Source of the DNA: Leucoraja ocellata
Lineage: Eukaryota
Assembly (NCBI GenBank): GCA_036785375.1
Contig: JAWMAR010000234.1
Location: 3,534,001 to 3,598,000, forward strand
Direction: 5' to 3'
Length of the DNA: 64,000 bases
Shown here: one piece after another, positions 48,854 through 60,967 of the stretch
Layout of the letters: each line of letters opens with the position of its first letter
Position numbering within the stretch: position 1 is the stretch's first letter
The notes under the pieces: model-generated
The model's input: only the letters and a program-made list of their open reading frames with translations
Database searches by the model: none
Told to the model about the DNA's origin: nothing
Made by a program: the position numbers and the translations under genes

Positions 48854-49569
48854 ATTAAATGTTATTTTTTAAATGGGACTAGTTTTGATAAAACTTATTT
48901 GTTGAGAATCCTAATCGTTTGAAGTTCTCTGCAGCATTTTTGTATAATGATACCAATTTTTAATAAGTTTACGTTCTTAATCATTATAATGCAATCATTA
49001 TCTACTCGGAATTTTCACTTCTTTCCAAAAAAAATTATCAAATTAATCAGGAATAGTTCAGTATAAAATTATATTTTAATGCACAGGAGAAAAAATAATT
49101 GGAGCTTTTTTGAATTTGTTGTTTTTTTTGTTTTGCCTTTTATGGTTTCTAATTTCCAAACAACATTGGATTATCTCGTCTGCTTTTTGCATTTGGATAA
49201 CAACTAAAAGTTACTTGGACTGCTATCTATCATTCTTTATCCCAATTTTTAGAGTTGCCAGTATGAAAATTACTGCTCAATCATTTGAATAAGGTCTGAT
49301 CGTGGCCTTCATTTTTGAAGGCCGATGTGACAGGGAAGAATTGGAAAGGACAATTTTGTTTTTGCGAATAGTTATTGTAAGGCTCATCATTCTGGTCATG
49401 AGTGGAGATAGCCAGCATCGATGCAGTTGTTGATGTACCAGAAAAAAGAATGGGAGTGTGCGTGACTAGGACTGAAACAAAAACTGTTCCATGTAACGGA
49501 AATGCAAGTCCCTGTACAAAAAATTGCCAAACGGTTGACAGAAGGAGAGCTTTGGAGAGCAAGAAAATG

Positions 49570-49920
49570 TAGATGGATGTGTTAGCAGGACAGGAAAGTG
49601 GCTAATACATTTTAACTTAGAAAAGTGCAAGGTAATGCTATGAAGAGGTGCAACAAAAAATAATTTACCATCAATAGGAGGATAGTGAGTAATGTGGAGG
49701 AAAAAACGTGTATTGGAGCATATATCCGCAAATTGTTAGAGTGCAGGATGGAACAATCAGGGACCAAAAGGAGATATGGAATGATTTCCTTTGTGAGACA
49801 AGCCCCTGAATCTTAGGACGGGGAGGTTAGGTTGGAAATGTACATAATGTTAGATAGATCACAGCATGAATGTAGCATAATATTCCTATCATCATGTTAC
49901 CACAATGATGTGATTGCACT
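49570..49920 (+). mobile_element. Decayed CR1 RT fragment
   Basis: AAGTGGCTAATACATTTTAACTTAGAAAAGTGCAAGGTAATG translates KWLIHFNLEKCKVM, matching the CR1 W.M.FN..KC.VM motif. Confidence 0.6.
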
Positions 49921-50039
49921 TTATGAAAATAAATCTCTGTGGTTTGGACTTCTAGATCTGGTTTCTTGCTTTATTCATTGTTAATTGTGGACCAAACATC
50001 GACCACCTTTATTTTTCACCTTCCCTCACTCACAGTCGC

Positions 50040-50330
50040 CTACCACCCTCCAAACTTCCAACACTCTGCTCACGAAGGTTCATTCTCAAATCTGTGTTAT
50101 CGTGACCAATGTTAGCAAGGGTGGCGCTGTTGTACTCTGGAGAATCAAAATGTAGAAACCAAATGTCATCCTTGAGACACGTCCTCTAACCTTTCTCTGG
50201 ACCAAGATCCCATCATAGCACATCAGATCACAGCCTCCCACACACTCACAGACCTCATCCTCAGGTGATCTTATCCCCGTAACTTCCAAACCTCAGCCTA
50301 CTTCTATCTTCAGCAAGAGATCTGTCCATG
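50040..50330 (+). pseudogene. Penelope-like element reverse transcriptase N-terminal remnant
   Basis: KGGAVVLWR at 50117-50143 (DKG motif region) followed by DTSSNLSLDQDPIIAHQITASHTLTDLI. Confidence 0.7.
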
Positions 50331-52189
50331 CAGACCCTTTGTTTAATCCTGCTGTGAACTTGTATTTTCCTACTCTGACTCGACCTCTCTCCCCTGATCC
50401 AGTGCCTTCTCACTTGTGTCTGTGACACTTCATCTGCAAACATCATTACTTTGCCCCCTAAGCCTGTGTATATGCGAACGCACAAATGGATGTGGAGGAG
50501 ATTAATGAGATATTGCCAAAAAATAAACATTTTAGGTACAAGGAAAGATTGAAATAGCAGGAGATCTGTGGAACCCCACTGCCAGCAGATTTTCGGGTAA
50601 CTCTGCTTTCTCAAACACTTTTGCGCTGTATTATCTTTAAGAATATTAACGCAGGAAGGAATTGTGTTTTTCTTTGCATCTTGTCAAGGTTACACTCAGT
50701 CGCTTTATTCCAAAGTGTTTGATTCATTTAGGAAACATTTGAAATATCGATCAATGTCAGTCCATCTGTTTGTATTGTAAGTGGTCTTCGTTCATTTTAA
50801 AACTTAAAAATCATTGAAGGCCAAAATATAAAATTATTAAGAAGCACCTGATGAAGGGCTTTGCTCATTTGTCTCCCTGTAGCAACTTAACCAATACGGG
50901 CACATTTTATTTTCTCTAAATTTAAGTTTATTATTTCAGTAGCAGATAAGAGTTCTGTTACAAATAGTGCTAAGTTACAATGATTAATTCACCCAGTTTA
51001 TATCACAGTACGCCTGTACTTAAGCGCTGACCTGCGGTTCTCTATTTCCCCATGGTCTTTTTGAGATTATCAGATCTTATGGTTATAGCTAAGAGGTTTA
51101 AGTGGGCAGGAAATCTGTTGCATGATTAGTGCTTGAAAATGTTCAATTGAGTCAAAAGATAGACTTCAAATGCCTTTAACGTGGGAGCAGGTCCAAACTT
51201 TTGATGACCACTTTCTCCTTAATATCTAAATAAACTAACTTACATGTTACTTAAGAAATCATGTGTAAACTTGCCATTAACCAAACATCAAACCTTCATT
51301 CCTTTTTGAATTTCTTTTGAAACCAGCATGGGACTGCAAGTGCCCTAAAGCAAAATGTGTTCTCTGTAAGGGAGGAAGAGGAAGTAAACATGACAACAGC
51401 TTCTCTCTAGCAGTGGCAGTAGCTTGTTTCAGAGTATATTAATTTCAGGTGTTGATGTAGAACAGGCAGTATGGTTAGTGTCAGGAGATCTGCAAATTAC
51501 TCAGCAGGGGTCCTTTATGGAGTCGGTGACATGAAACAGACAGGCAGTATGGAATGAATGAATGAAGTATAGATGGGGATTCATTGAACATTATCAGTAT
51601 TTGGGTTAACAGTGATCTGTCAGGAACAGGAAGGAGCTGATAATGGAGCCCTCTGGCACTTAAAAGCTCTGACAATGTCCAAAGGGTCACATATTAATAG
51701 ACCCATAAAACTCATTAAATAACTCCTTCCAAACAGGAATTTGCAGAGTAGTGAAATTTGCAGCTCTGTAGTTGACAGGCTCAGTTGTCAAAGATACTTA
51801 TGTGCTTTTTCCACTCTCTTTCATGGACGTTCTTTGGATTTGTTTAACTCTTCACAGAACCCTTTTGCGGCAACGTTGTTTTCACACACTTTTCCTTTCT
51901 GACCCAATGTTCCGTTAATTTCTGCCAAGTTTGTGCTGTCTTCCAACTTGCACCCTGAAACTCATTGGGATATCTCGCCACACTTGTTTTATATATCTGC
52001 CCCTTACAACAGGATCGGCAATTGTGCCCTGTGCCTTTGCATTCTGTACAGGAAATTGTCACTTGTCCACCATGGTTACCACTTACTTCCATTAGAAAAG
52101 TGCTATATGAACAATCCAAAGCAGCAACTTTGCACTTCAGAACTGCGTAAATAATAAAATGTGTCAGCGAAGCCAAAAGGTTAAGATTT

Positions 52190-53257
52190 GTAGAAAACCT
52201 AACGTAAAAAAAGAATGCTGAAAATACTTTGGTCAGGGCAGTAAATGGAGAGAAGAAGAACTGAATGAACATTGAATGTTGATGATCTTTCAAACTGGAA
52301 AGGCTGGTCATTTGAAATTGTTCAATGCAATGTGCCTTGTTGGAATGATGCTCCTTAAACTTGTGTTTGGCTTCCTCAGAACCGTGTAAAAGGTTACAAA
52401 CACTGTCAGAATGGGAGAATATGGTGAATTAAAATGATTAGTTTTGTTTATTTATTGTCACAGTGAACAGATTGTTTTTTAACGCTATCCAGTCAAATCA
52501 TACTACACCCGGAGGTCAAGGAAAGAGCGTTCACGTCGCGGCCCTGTTTCCACCAATCTTTCCACCACCACGCACAAGAAGCACGAGACAGACACCATTG
52601 TGCAAATGCCAAGAAGTGTGTTCAGCTCTGGCTGAACAACTTCTAATCTTGTGTGTGGACTCGATAAGAAGAAGATACTAAACCCGAGTATGATAGATCC
52701 TCTTCTGGAACGGCATGCAGAGAGTCGCCACATTCTGGTGTCATCTTGCAACTTCCAAGTCTCTGAAAAGTCTGATTTTGGCCCAAGCAGATGTGCAATT
52801 TCTATTTTCTCGCTAGTGTCCTGGCGGCCTGACCCTGCACTATGCCATCAGCTTCTTCCAGTGCCACTCCATACGTCTGCCGCAGGCTGCGCTGATCAAC
52901 ACTCTTGCCCGCCTGCTATAGGGTATCCCATAACTGTCTGGGAACCACCATGACTCGCAATCACCTCCAACGCTTCCAGCCAATGCTTTTTGGTTTGGGT
53001 CCGCTGAGGCCACCATGCCCCGCTTCCCGAGCTGAACACGGATGCTTTCCAGAGGCACGGGAAGCGAGTTCAAAAACCATTCATAGCCAGTAACTTTCTC
53101 TCTCGCCATCCTCTGCCACCATCTAGGCAAGAAGCTGAGGGTCACCCTAACAAAGTGAAGTAGTCAGCCAATCTAAATTTGGTGTGTCCTGTGTAGAAAA
53201 GGCCATATCAGGAACATCAATTGCAATGCACTGAATTGGAAGAAGTACAAGTGAATG
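52190..53257 (-). pseudogene. Penelope-like GIY-YIG endonuclease remnant plus 3' region, split by an insertion at ~52441-53150
   Basis: 53255-53155 translates FTCTSSNSVHCN*CS*YGLFYTGHTKFRLADYF; 52438-52330 gives HFNSPYS..LLHGSEEAKHKFKEHH. Confidence 0.7.
52441..53150 (-). mobile_element. ~0.7 kb GC-rich insertion with Rex1-type 3' tail (unclassified non-autonomous retroelement)
   Basis: Minus-strand 3' end TGATTTGACTGGATAGC..TTCACTGTGACAATAAATAAAC resembles the tail at 30224; it interrupts the Penelope remnant. Confidence 0.6.
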
Positions 53258-53339
53258 AAATGCGTTTTCAACTTACGATATTTTCGATTTACGATGGGTT
53301 AATCAGAACGTAACCCCGTCGTAGATCGAGAAGCAGCTG
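53258..53339 (-). mobile_element. Tigger/pogo-type DNA transposon terminus (MER47/Tigger5-like)
   Basis: TA at 53340-53341, then on the minus strand CAGCTGCTTCTCGATCTACGACGGGGTTACGTTCTGATTAACCCATCGTAAATCGAAAATATCGTAAGTTGAAAA. Confidence 0.7.
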
Positions 53340-53921
53340 TATGTGGAAATGTTTGTTTCGGCCTAGAGACAAATGTCAGGAATAATCCTTGGAAGATAAA
53401 GCAAATTTAATTCAATATCTCAACCTAAGTTTAGAATCATGTTGAAAGTAGGGTCTTATTGCAGCTGTCTTCTTTTCCCAACTTGGCCATGACTGAAACA
53501 TAAAGAAGAACATTATAATTAATGGCTATCAAAGATTAAAATGAGCTCTGAGTTATTTACTGTCAATTTCTATGTTGCAAATTTATATACGACTAGACCA
53601 AGTGGGACCGGTTGGGTCCCATCCCCCAACGCAGGCGCGCGGCGTCACAAGGGAGGGTTGGTCCCCGAACGGAATAGTTCACCACTCACCCGTAGGTCCC
53701 AATACTCGCCATTCCCTAGAGAGGGATGGGTGGTAGAGAGGGAGGGGTGGGGTTAGAAGGAGGGGAGGCAGAAAGGGAGGAGGGTAGAGAGGGAGGGGAG
53801 TAGAGAGGGGTAGAGAGGGAGAGGGGCAGAGAGGTAGGGGGTAGACACCCCACCCCATCTCCCTCCTCCTCATTTCCCTCATCCTCCTCCCCTCACTCCC
53901 ATTCCCTGCCCCAGGACCTAC

Positions 53922-54250
53922 CCAGGTCGTAGATTAGCGCCAAGGCCTGGAACTCGGCCTGGTTCTCGTACTCGACCTGGCCCTGGCTCGTACTAGGTTC
54001 CAGCGGCAGCCTCCAGCCATCAGCTTGGTCGCCGCCTGGGCTCCAGTGCAGGTTCCTGACCCTGGAACCAGACTCGTCCTTGGTTCCACCGGCGGCTTCT
54101 TTCTCGGCCCCGGTCATGGCCCCATCACAAGCCCCGGGCTCGGCCCTCACTCCAGCTCCAGGCTCGGCTTCAGCCCAGGCCCAGTCACGGGCTCGGTCCA
54201 CGGCAGCCGCCTCCCCACCAGGCACCGGGCGACCAGCAGCAACCGCCAAT
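53922..54250 (-). pseudogene. Captured GC-rich host exon-like fragment inside the Helitron, ending in a SAC3D1-like motif and splice donor
   Basis: Open frame MAVAAGRPVPGGEAAAV..EYENQAEFQALALIYDL-G|GTAGG; absent from the copy at 10129. Confidence 0.5.
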
Positions 54251-54510
54251 CTTTATTCACCATGAGCGCTAGTGCCCCTTCCCCCCCCCCGCCTTGCGAG
54301 TGCAATGTGACGTCAGTTGGATTTTTTTTCTCTCAAAATGGGTGAGTTTGGGCTGTTTTAAACATTTTAAAGATCAAAAAGTTCAGAAATATAGGTGGAA
54401 ATGTGACGGGAAGATGTTTAGCGCCTCCAGGGGAAAAATGTGAGTAGGATGTGTGAAAATGGGAAGACTCTGGCCTGGCGTTTGGAAGAAAATAGGGATT
54501 AACCAGATTG

Positions 54511-54780
54511 NNNNNNNNNNNNNNNNNNNNNNNNNNNNNNNNNNNNNNNNNNNNNNNNNNNNNNNNNNNNNNNNNNNNNNNNNNNNNNNNNNNNNNNNNN
54601 NNNNNNNNNNNNNNNNNNNNNNNNNNNNNNNNNNNNNNNNNNNNNNNNNNNNNNNNNNNNNNNNNNNNNNNNNNNNNNNNNNNNNNNNNNNNNNNNNNNN
54701 NNNNNNNNNNNNNNNNNNNNNNNNNNNNNNNNNNNNNNNNNNNNNNNNNNNNNNNNNNNNNNNNNNNNNNNNNNNNNNNN
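54511..54780. other. Assembly gap (270 N)
   Basis: Run of N. Confidence 1.
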
Positions 54781-56027
54781 AGATAGATGAGGCCTTTAGA
54801 TTCCAATACCTAAAAACAGAATAGATGCGTTTAAAAATGGAAAGATACATACAGCTTTAGATCTGTAGTAATCTGAATCTTGTCCAGTGTCTTGAACTGT
54901 TACACAGTATTAATTAGATCCAGTTCCACTCAATACATATGTTTCACGCTATGACTCCAGTTACCTTTGATAGAAAGGTATTGTTTTTCTTTGAAGAAAT
55001 ATTCACATAATATAATCCCATTAATTTTTGAAAACTATTTTAATTAACTTTTCCCTACTTTGGCTGAAGGTTTATTTAAAGTGGAAGGGGAAGCACAGTA
55101 GAATTCACAGCCAAGGCAATGGATTATGAATCTACATTTCTCTTTGCACAAGTCATACCCGAAAAGAATTTAAACAAGGTAACCTTCAAATAGCAGCATA
55201 TGTTTGACGAGGGGGTTTGAAAAGAATCGGTTGTATGGCGCTTGTGGGTAATTGCTGATTGTAATTATTTTAAGATGTTCCAAGGTGTTAACATAACTTC
55301 TGTCCTCCATCTTCCACACACTAAAAAGGCATGTATAATACTAAGTAAGATGAAAGCCCGAACGGAAATGTTTTATTAGCCCAGTAAACTTGTGATCTAC
55401 TCTCCACTAATTAATGTCTGTGTAACAGGTGCAGATTGGCATTTCAATGATGCCCTGAGCCGCAGCAGCATTAGGCAGCAGTCTGGAGAGAACGCACATG
55501 GTTTCAATCACCTTGATCAGGGCCATACTGGATAGAGAGGTGCCAACAGAAGCAATGTGTTTCCTTGAGGGGATGGAAAAGTAGAACCAATCACCACTGC
55601 TTTGTTTGCCTCCTGCTATCTAGCTAAAAGAGCAGCATTGCAATGGCGGTGAAATAAGCTGTGCACAGAATCATACACCCAACTAGGGATGACCTGACAT
55701 ATTATATTCAATGTGTTTTAATTTATTTAAGGGTGATTACCTGCATATGATAAGGTTATTAATTGGTTTTAAGCTGCCTTACTTTGGATGCCACAGATAT
55801 GTGCGGGATTTGCACAGACGTGGCGAGGGGCAAGATATCAAGATCAGACACTTTCATGCTGCTGGGAATGCATGTGTTTTATATTGGATAAAGAAAAATT
55901 TTAAACGTGGCTATTTTGTATTCACATTGTCCACATTGAAACTCACTGATGTGAAGAATAGGTAGTGGGGCAAATTATTTAAAAAATCAATTTTCAATTG
56001 TTTTGTACTATATATCAGCATGAGATT

Positions 56028-56240
56028 TCAAATCAAGTCGAGTTTATTGTCCTATGCACAAGTATGGTAAGGTCCGTGAAAATTTTGCTTGCAGCAGCAT
56101 CATCGCTGAGACAATTCCCCAACACATAAATTATACCCAAATTACACTGAAATGATACAAAATGAAAAGAGAAAGACTTGGCTAAACTAAACTATGCAAC
56201 AAAAAAAAGACAATAGTGCAAAAATACACAATTACAAAAC
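56028..56240 (-). mobile_element. Rex1-type 3' tail fragment
   Basis: TCAAGTCGAGTTTATTGTC..GAAAATTTTGCTTGCAGCAGCATCA, similar to 16436-16500. Confidence 0.55.
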
Positions 56241-56344
56241 ATTTAACGGAATTGTTCAAAGAATTTGCAGGAAAATAAGTTATTTTCCACCAAATGATGG
56301 TGAGGCTCTGAAACCAACTGCTTCAAATAGAGGTGGTTGGCTAT

Positions 56345-56492
56345 ATAAGGTCATAAGTAATAGGAGCAGAATTAAGCCATTTGGCCATCGTCTACTCTGG
56401 CTATTCTATCATCGCTGATCTATCTCTCCCTGTTAACCCCATACTCCTGCCTTCTCCCCATAATCCCTGACACCCGTACTAATAAAGAATCT
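56345..56492 (-). mobile_element. CR1 LINE 3' end
   Basis: ATAAGGTCATAAGTAATAGGAGCAGAATTAAGCCATTTGGCC..CTGATCTATCTCTCCC..CCTGCCTTCTCCCCATAA. Confidence 0.85.
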
Positions 56493-56679
56493 CATTCTAC
56501 TACTTATCTCCTTCAGCACTCCACATTTCTTTCCTCCCCCTCCCATATATTTGAGGGCAACAACGTTCTGTTACCTGACATACTTCTCGAAGATGAGATT
56601 AGGTCAGGCAGATTTAAAAAAAAAAACAGCACAGCTATGTATGTGGCCGCTGTCACAAAAGGAAGCAGGAGGAAACTGT

Positions 56680-56683
<4 letters not shown>

Positions 56684-56714
<31 letters not shown>
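56684..56714. repeat. (GA)n microsatellite
   Basis: About 15 GA units. Confidence 0.95.
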
Positions 56715-56716
<2 letters not shown>

Positions 56717-57084
56717 AGAAATAAATAACAGTCAGAAACAATTTTTATTAGAATATTTTTTACTTGGTCTTCTTATCTAGAGCATGTTGAAAGCAGTAAA
56801 AGACACACAATTCATGATATCATATATACTGGTATTGCCTCTTAAAAAGATGTAAATTCTATCTGATAATCCACTTCTCTGCTAAATACATAAATCATGG
56901 CATCAACTCATTTTTATGTTCTTTGGTTTTGGATGAGCACAACTCTTGGTGCACAAAATCATCCCGCAGATGCTGTCTGACCTACTTGAGCTGCTAAACC
57001 CTGTGGTAACAGAGTCAGTTGAGACTTTTAGGATACAAACTCTTCGTAGACTAAGCTTTTTGGAGGCAACCAAAGTGCAAAAAA

Positions 57085-57545
57085 CAGCAAATGCTGGAAA
57101 CCTGATATAAAAACTGAAAATGGTGGAAGTCTCACAATAGGAAGCATCTGTGAAGTGAGAAATAGTTGACTTTTCAGGTAAATGATCTTTGATGAGAACA
57201 AGAAATAGTTAGAAAACAAGTTGTGGATATGGGGGGGAGAGGAATAGAGGGTACAAAATAAATGTGTGTAATAGGGCAGAGCTCAAGAGAATAAATGAAG
57301 CAAATGTGCTTGTGGAGAGATGATGATGAAGGCTGTTTAATTGCAGTGGATATGCTTGGATGAGATGTGAGTCGAATGGGATGGATGTGGACAAAGAGAG
57401 AGAGAGAAAAATGTTTGAGATGTGAGATCCAAAACTCTGCGGTTGCTGGAAATCTGAAATGAAACTGAATAGTGGAATACTCAGTAGGTCAGGCCACCTC
57501 TCCGGAGAGAGTAAAAACTGAGTTAACATTACAGGTTGCTGACCT
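57085..57545 (-). mobile_element. Two tandem old Penelope-derived termini with a purine-rich spacer
   Basis: GCAAATGCTGGAAACCTGATATAAAAACTGAAAA at ~57088 and GTTGCTGGAAATCTGAAATGAAACTGAA..ACTCAGTAGGTCAGGC at ~57442. Confidence 0.55.
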
Positions 57546-58287
57546 GCTCTGTGGAGCAAAGTGTGACAGGTGTTCCTGTGAGATCTATGGCATTTTAAAA
57601 TATGGGTTCAAGTTGCGCACCTGGAAGAGACGTTTCAGAAAGTGAGCATGGTGTAAAATGGAGGCAAAAAATGAAGAACGCTGCATTTTTAGATAACATT
57701 GTTTTAGGTCAACAAATTAAAAAGCTACCTGGTTTTCAGGGAAACTACTACATTAATAAAAACATTTTCATGCTACTTCTAGAATAATAATGCCACAGCT
57801 CTATCACCCCTGGAAATGTAGTACAAAGACTTGATGACAGCAGGAATAGTAACACACCTCCTCTCCATTTTTTTAATCCTTTGGGCATTAAGGGGCTCAA
57901 CAATGATAACCCTGTAAATGTAATTGGTCCATAAGCGACCTTGAAGTTTACACTGTGGTTAAGGGATTCATTAACTCTGAATCTAACAAATTTGATGTCA
58001 ATTTATCTTGTATGCAGAGGCTTAAAACCCATTCCTCTGTCTTATCAGGTTGGTATCACCAGGTCACTTACTGAAGAGCAGTATCTGATTTCTTGAGATA
58101 GTTAGTTCCCACAATCTTGCTGCAAGAGCAATCCTACACACAGTGCTATTTTTAAGCTAAAAATTGACAGGAAATGGAAATTAACTGCGGCAATGCTGTT
58201 TTTTACTAATCTTTAAAGTGTGAAATAGCTCAGATTTAATATTTTGCAGAGTTCATTTTTACCCTCCAACATATTTCTCCTTTGCTC

Positions 58288-58458
58288 TGCACAAAATAAA
58301 CTGCTGGAGGATTTCAACGAGTCAGGCAGCATCTGTGGAGGGGGCGGGATGGTCGATGATTTGGGTTGATATCCTGCATCGGGAATGCTGCCTGACCCAT
58401 TGATTTACTCCAGTTTGTTTTTCTGCTCCAGATTATAGCACCTGCAGTCTCTTATATC
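58288..58458. mobile_element. Fold-back Penelope-derived element
   Basis: AAACTGCTGGAGG..GTCAGGCAGCAT arm and inverted ATGCTGCCTGAC..CTCCAGTTT arm. Confidence 0.65.
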
Positions 58459-59993
58459 TCGCTTCTCATGTTCTCTCCTCCTCTTGAAATGTTGTGTCTT
58501 TTGAGACTATAATTAGAGTTTATGTTATCCATATTCAAATAATTTCACCAAGATGCATCGGTTAGTGAATAAACTGACTTTTTATTCTTACAATTAACAA
58601 TAAAAATGCCAGTCACTTAGCCTAAGCCCAACCCTACTAATTCAGCACAGAGAAGGGATCAAATCTGGGGATTTTCATCGTCCAGGCAGTGCAGCATCCA
58701 ATAAGGGAACAAATCAAGCCACACAATTATAATGTGAACTGTAGCTACTTTTTCTAAATTATTTTTGTTCCAAAACCCTTCCAGATATTTTATTACGGAA
58801 CTTTAGAATGCACCATGCCCCCATTTCCCTTCCATGCAGCTCAATCCAGACCAAAGCTCGCGGCATTTAAAAACAAAATTTACCTCATTTCAACAAGCAG
58901 AACATTGTAGGTTTGAGGTGAGAAAAAATGTATACTTAACCCAAACATAACTCCTTATGCTTTAATATCTTCTGGTTGCACTTACTTTAGATGGGATACA
59001 AATGAAATGATGAAAATTCAAGGGTTTGGAGAATAACTCTGTTAACAGTGGGATCAGTGACTGCATTTATTTGAAATTGAAATGTATTTGGTGACATTAT
59101 GAGCTAGCCTGAACTTCTTCCGGTGGTTAATGCTTTGCCATTCACTAAGTTCTCCCAGGAAAATTTGAATCAACCTAAGTGCATTACGGGGGCTGTTAGA
59201 AGCAAGTGTTTTCAACAGTTTGATTGGAATAGTAACAGATTATGGTTCTTTCAACTCTCACAGCCTCGTGTTCACTAATCTCACTGATAATTTGTCAGTG
59301 AGTCATGAACTTCTTTCCTTGCAGCATGGAAGGCAGAGCGAATGAATTAAAATAACTACATGCTCTTGACAATCCTGTTGAGACGGGTCCATTCAATTGC
59401 AGTAATGTTAGAGCTGTGCACAAGTGAAATTGATCAAGTGGCTGTCGAGAGACATATAAATAGATGCCAAGAGTTATGCACACAAGTATAGTGAGAAAGA
59501 AATGGAGACAGTCATGCAGGTAAAACTGTGAGAGATATCTATTCATGTAGACCATGATATTCATAAGACAGATGAAAGGTGAAATGAAGCACTGATCCTG
59601 AAAAGCATACAGAAAGTTCTAAAATATTTCAGAACACGAGAGAAACTGAAAACCTTTTTTTTTAATTTAAAAGCAAGAAAATATCCAGGAGTTTTAATAG
59701 TATTGACATGGAAAGTTGATTATACTTCTCTCTTCACAACTGCTGCTTGACCCTCTGAATGTTTTCCAGCATTTCTAATTTCATTTCATGCACAGAGGTC
59801 TGGTTCCATGGTTGGTAGAGCACAAATGGGCACACAGGTTATATTGTATATAGGATGTATTCACATAAACAACAAAGGATTTATACAGGGAATCGGTATG
59901 CACACTTTCACACGTAGACCTAGCAAAGGTATACACATGCACAGTCTTTAGAAGCAATTGGAGATTCATAAGCTGAACATGGATGTTTAGATA

Positions 59994-60167
59994 AACATAA
60001 AATGCTGGAGTAACTCAGCAAGACACGCAACATCTCTGGAGAGAAGGAACGAGTGATGTATCGGGTTGAGACCCTTCTTCAGTCTGAGATGCTGCTTGTC
60101 CCGCTGAGTTATACCAGCATTTTGTGTCTATCTCCAGTTTAAACCAGTATCTGTAGTTCCTCCCTAC
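59994..60167. mobile_element. Fold-back Penelope-derived element with 17-bp degenerate TSD
   Basis: Inverted arms; ACATGGATGTTTAGATA (59977-59993) and ACGTGGATGTTCAGATA (60168-60184). Confidence 0.8.
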
Positions 60168-60967
60168 ACGTGGATGTTCAGATATTAGTCTTGAAGTTCT
60201 GTGGGGGGTTTTCAGTCTCCAGCAGTAACTCTGTTGAGAGATTGGCAGAGACCCCAGGGAAATGATGTTAATGCTGAAAATAAGTAGTTTTGTCAGGATT
60301 TTGCTGGCCTCTGACAGAAGTTACAACAGAAGATATATTACTGAACTCAAACTTAAACAAGCTTCGCAATGCATGCATGGCCATTTTCCCTGAGTTTAAT
60401 TGAGTTTATTGAAAGAAACCATGAAAACCTTTTTGAAGAGTGTTGTATCAGTAAAGAACTTTTTTTTTTTGATGGTTAGTCACTGACAATCACTTGCTAT
60501 GGCAAAAAGTCGATTGGGAAATGTTGAAAGGAATATTCAAGAGCTTTTTGAATTAATCCACATACCACATTGTCATAAATGTGAATTGCATCCTGGCAGT
60601 TCCTGGGATGTGCAGAATTTATATGAACCCTTCAATGAAGAAATCCAACCCAAGTCATAATAGCATGAGAAAACAATTAGTGTTGTTGAACCCAACCTCA
60701 TCCAATTACTGCCTCAGGCACGTATCCATTTACCTATTATAATTTAGCTTGCTATCATAATTTTTCAAGTTGCCTGCCTTACATGGGCATTTGGCAGATT
60801 GAACTTTCAAAGTGAGCTGATCGAATACAAAGATTTTGGCAGTACAGAATTATTTTGTTAATGTTTAGAGTGTTTCTGATACAGATTCGGATATTTGCAG
60901 CACCATCGTTCATTCCAAATTGCTCTTACTGCAGTTTATTCCTGTCACATTAGGTATTAATTGGACA

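Larger units (their letters stand above)
53593..54787 (-). mobile_element. Non-autonomous Helitron, apparently full length, spanning the assembly gap
   Basis: Minus strand: host A(54788)^TCTATCT 5' end; subterminal hairpin GGGACC-5nt-GGTCCC (53604-53620); CTAG 3' end (53593-53596) followed by host T; no TSD. Confidence 0.82.

Noticed and set aside
50846-50865. CTGATGAAGGGCTTTGCTC hammerhead-like start
   Set aside because: The GAAA box and cleavage triplet are missing.
53925-53975. RWD-domain interpretation of ENQAEFQALALIYD (RNF14/GCN2-like)
   Set aside because: Considered, but the SAC3/GANP-family motif plus the matching phase-1 donor fits better; still needs BLAST.
54333-54850. Long ORFs of 92-157 aa
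   Set aside because: Artefacts of reading through the N gap.
55430-55535. Possible terminal exon after CTAAT..AACAG (GADWHFNDALSRSS..*)
   Set aside because: Weak polypyrimidine tract and no homology recognised; equally consistent with non-coding sequence.
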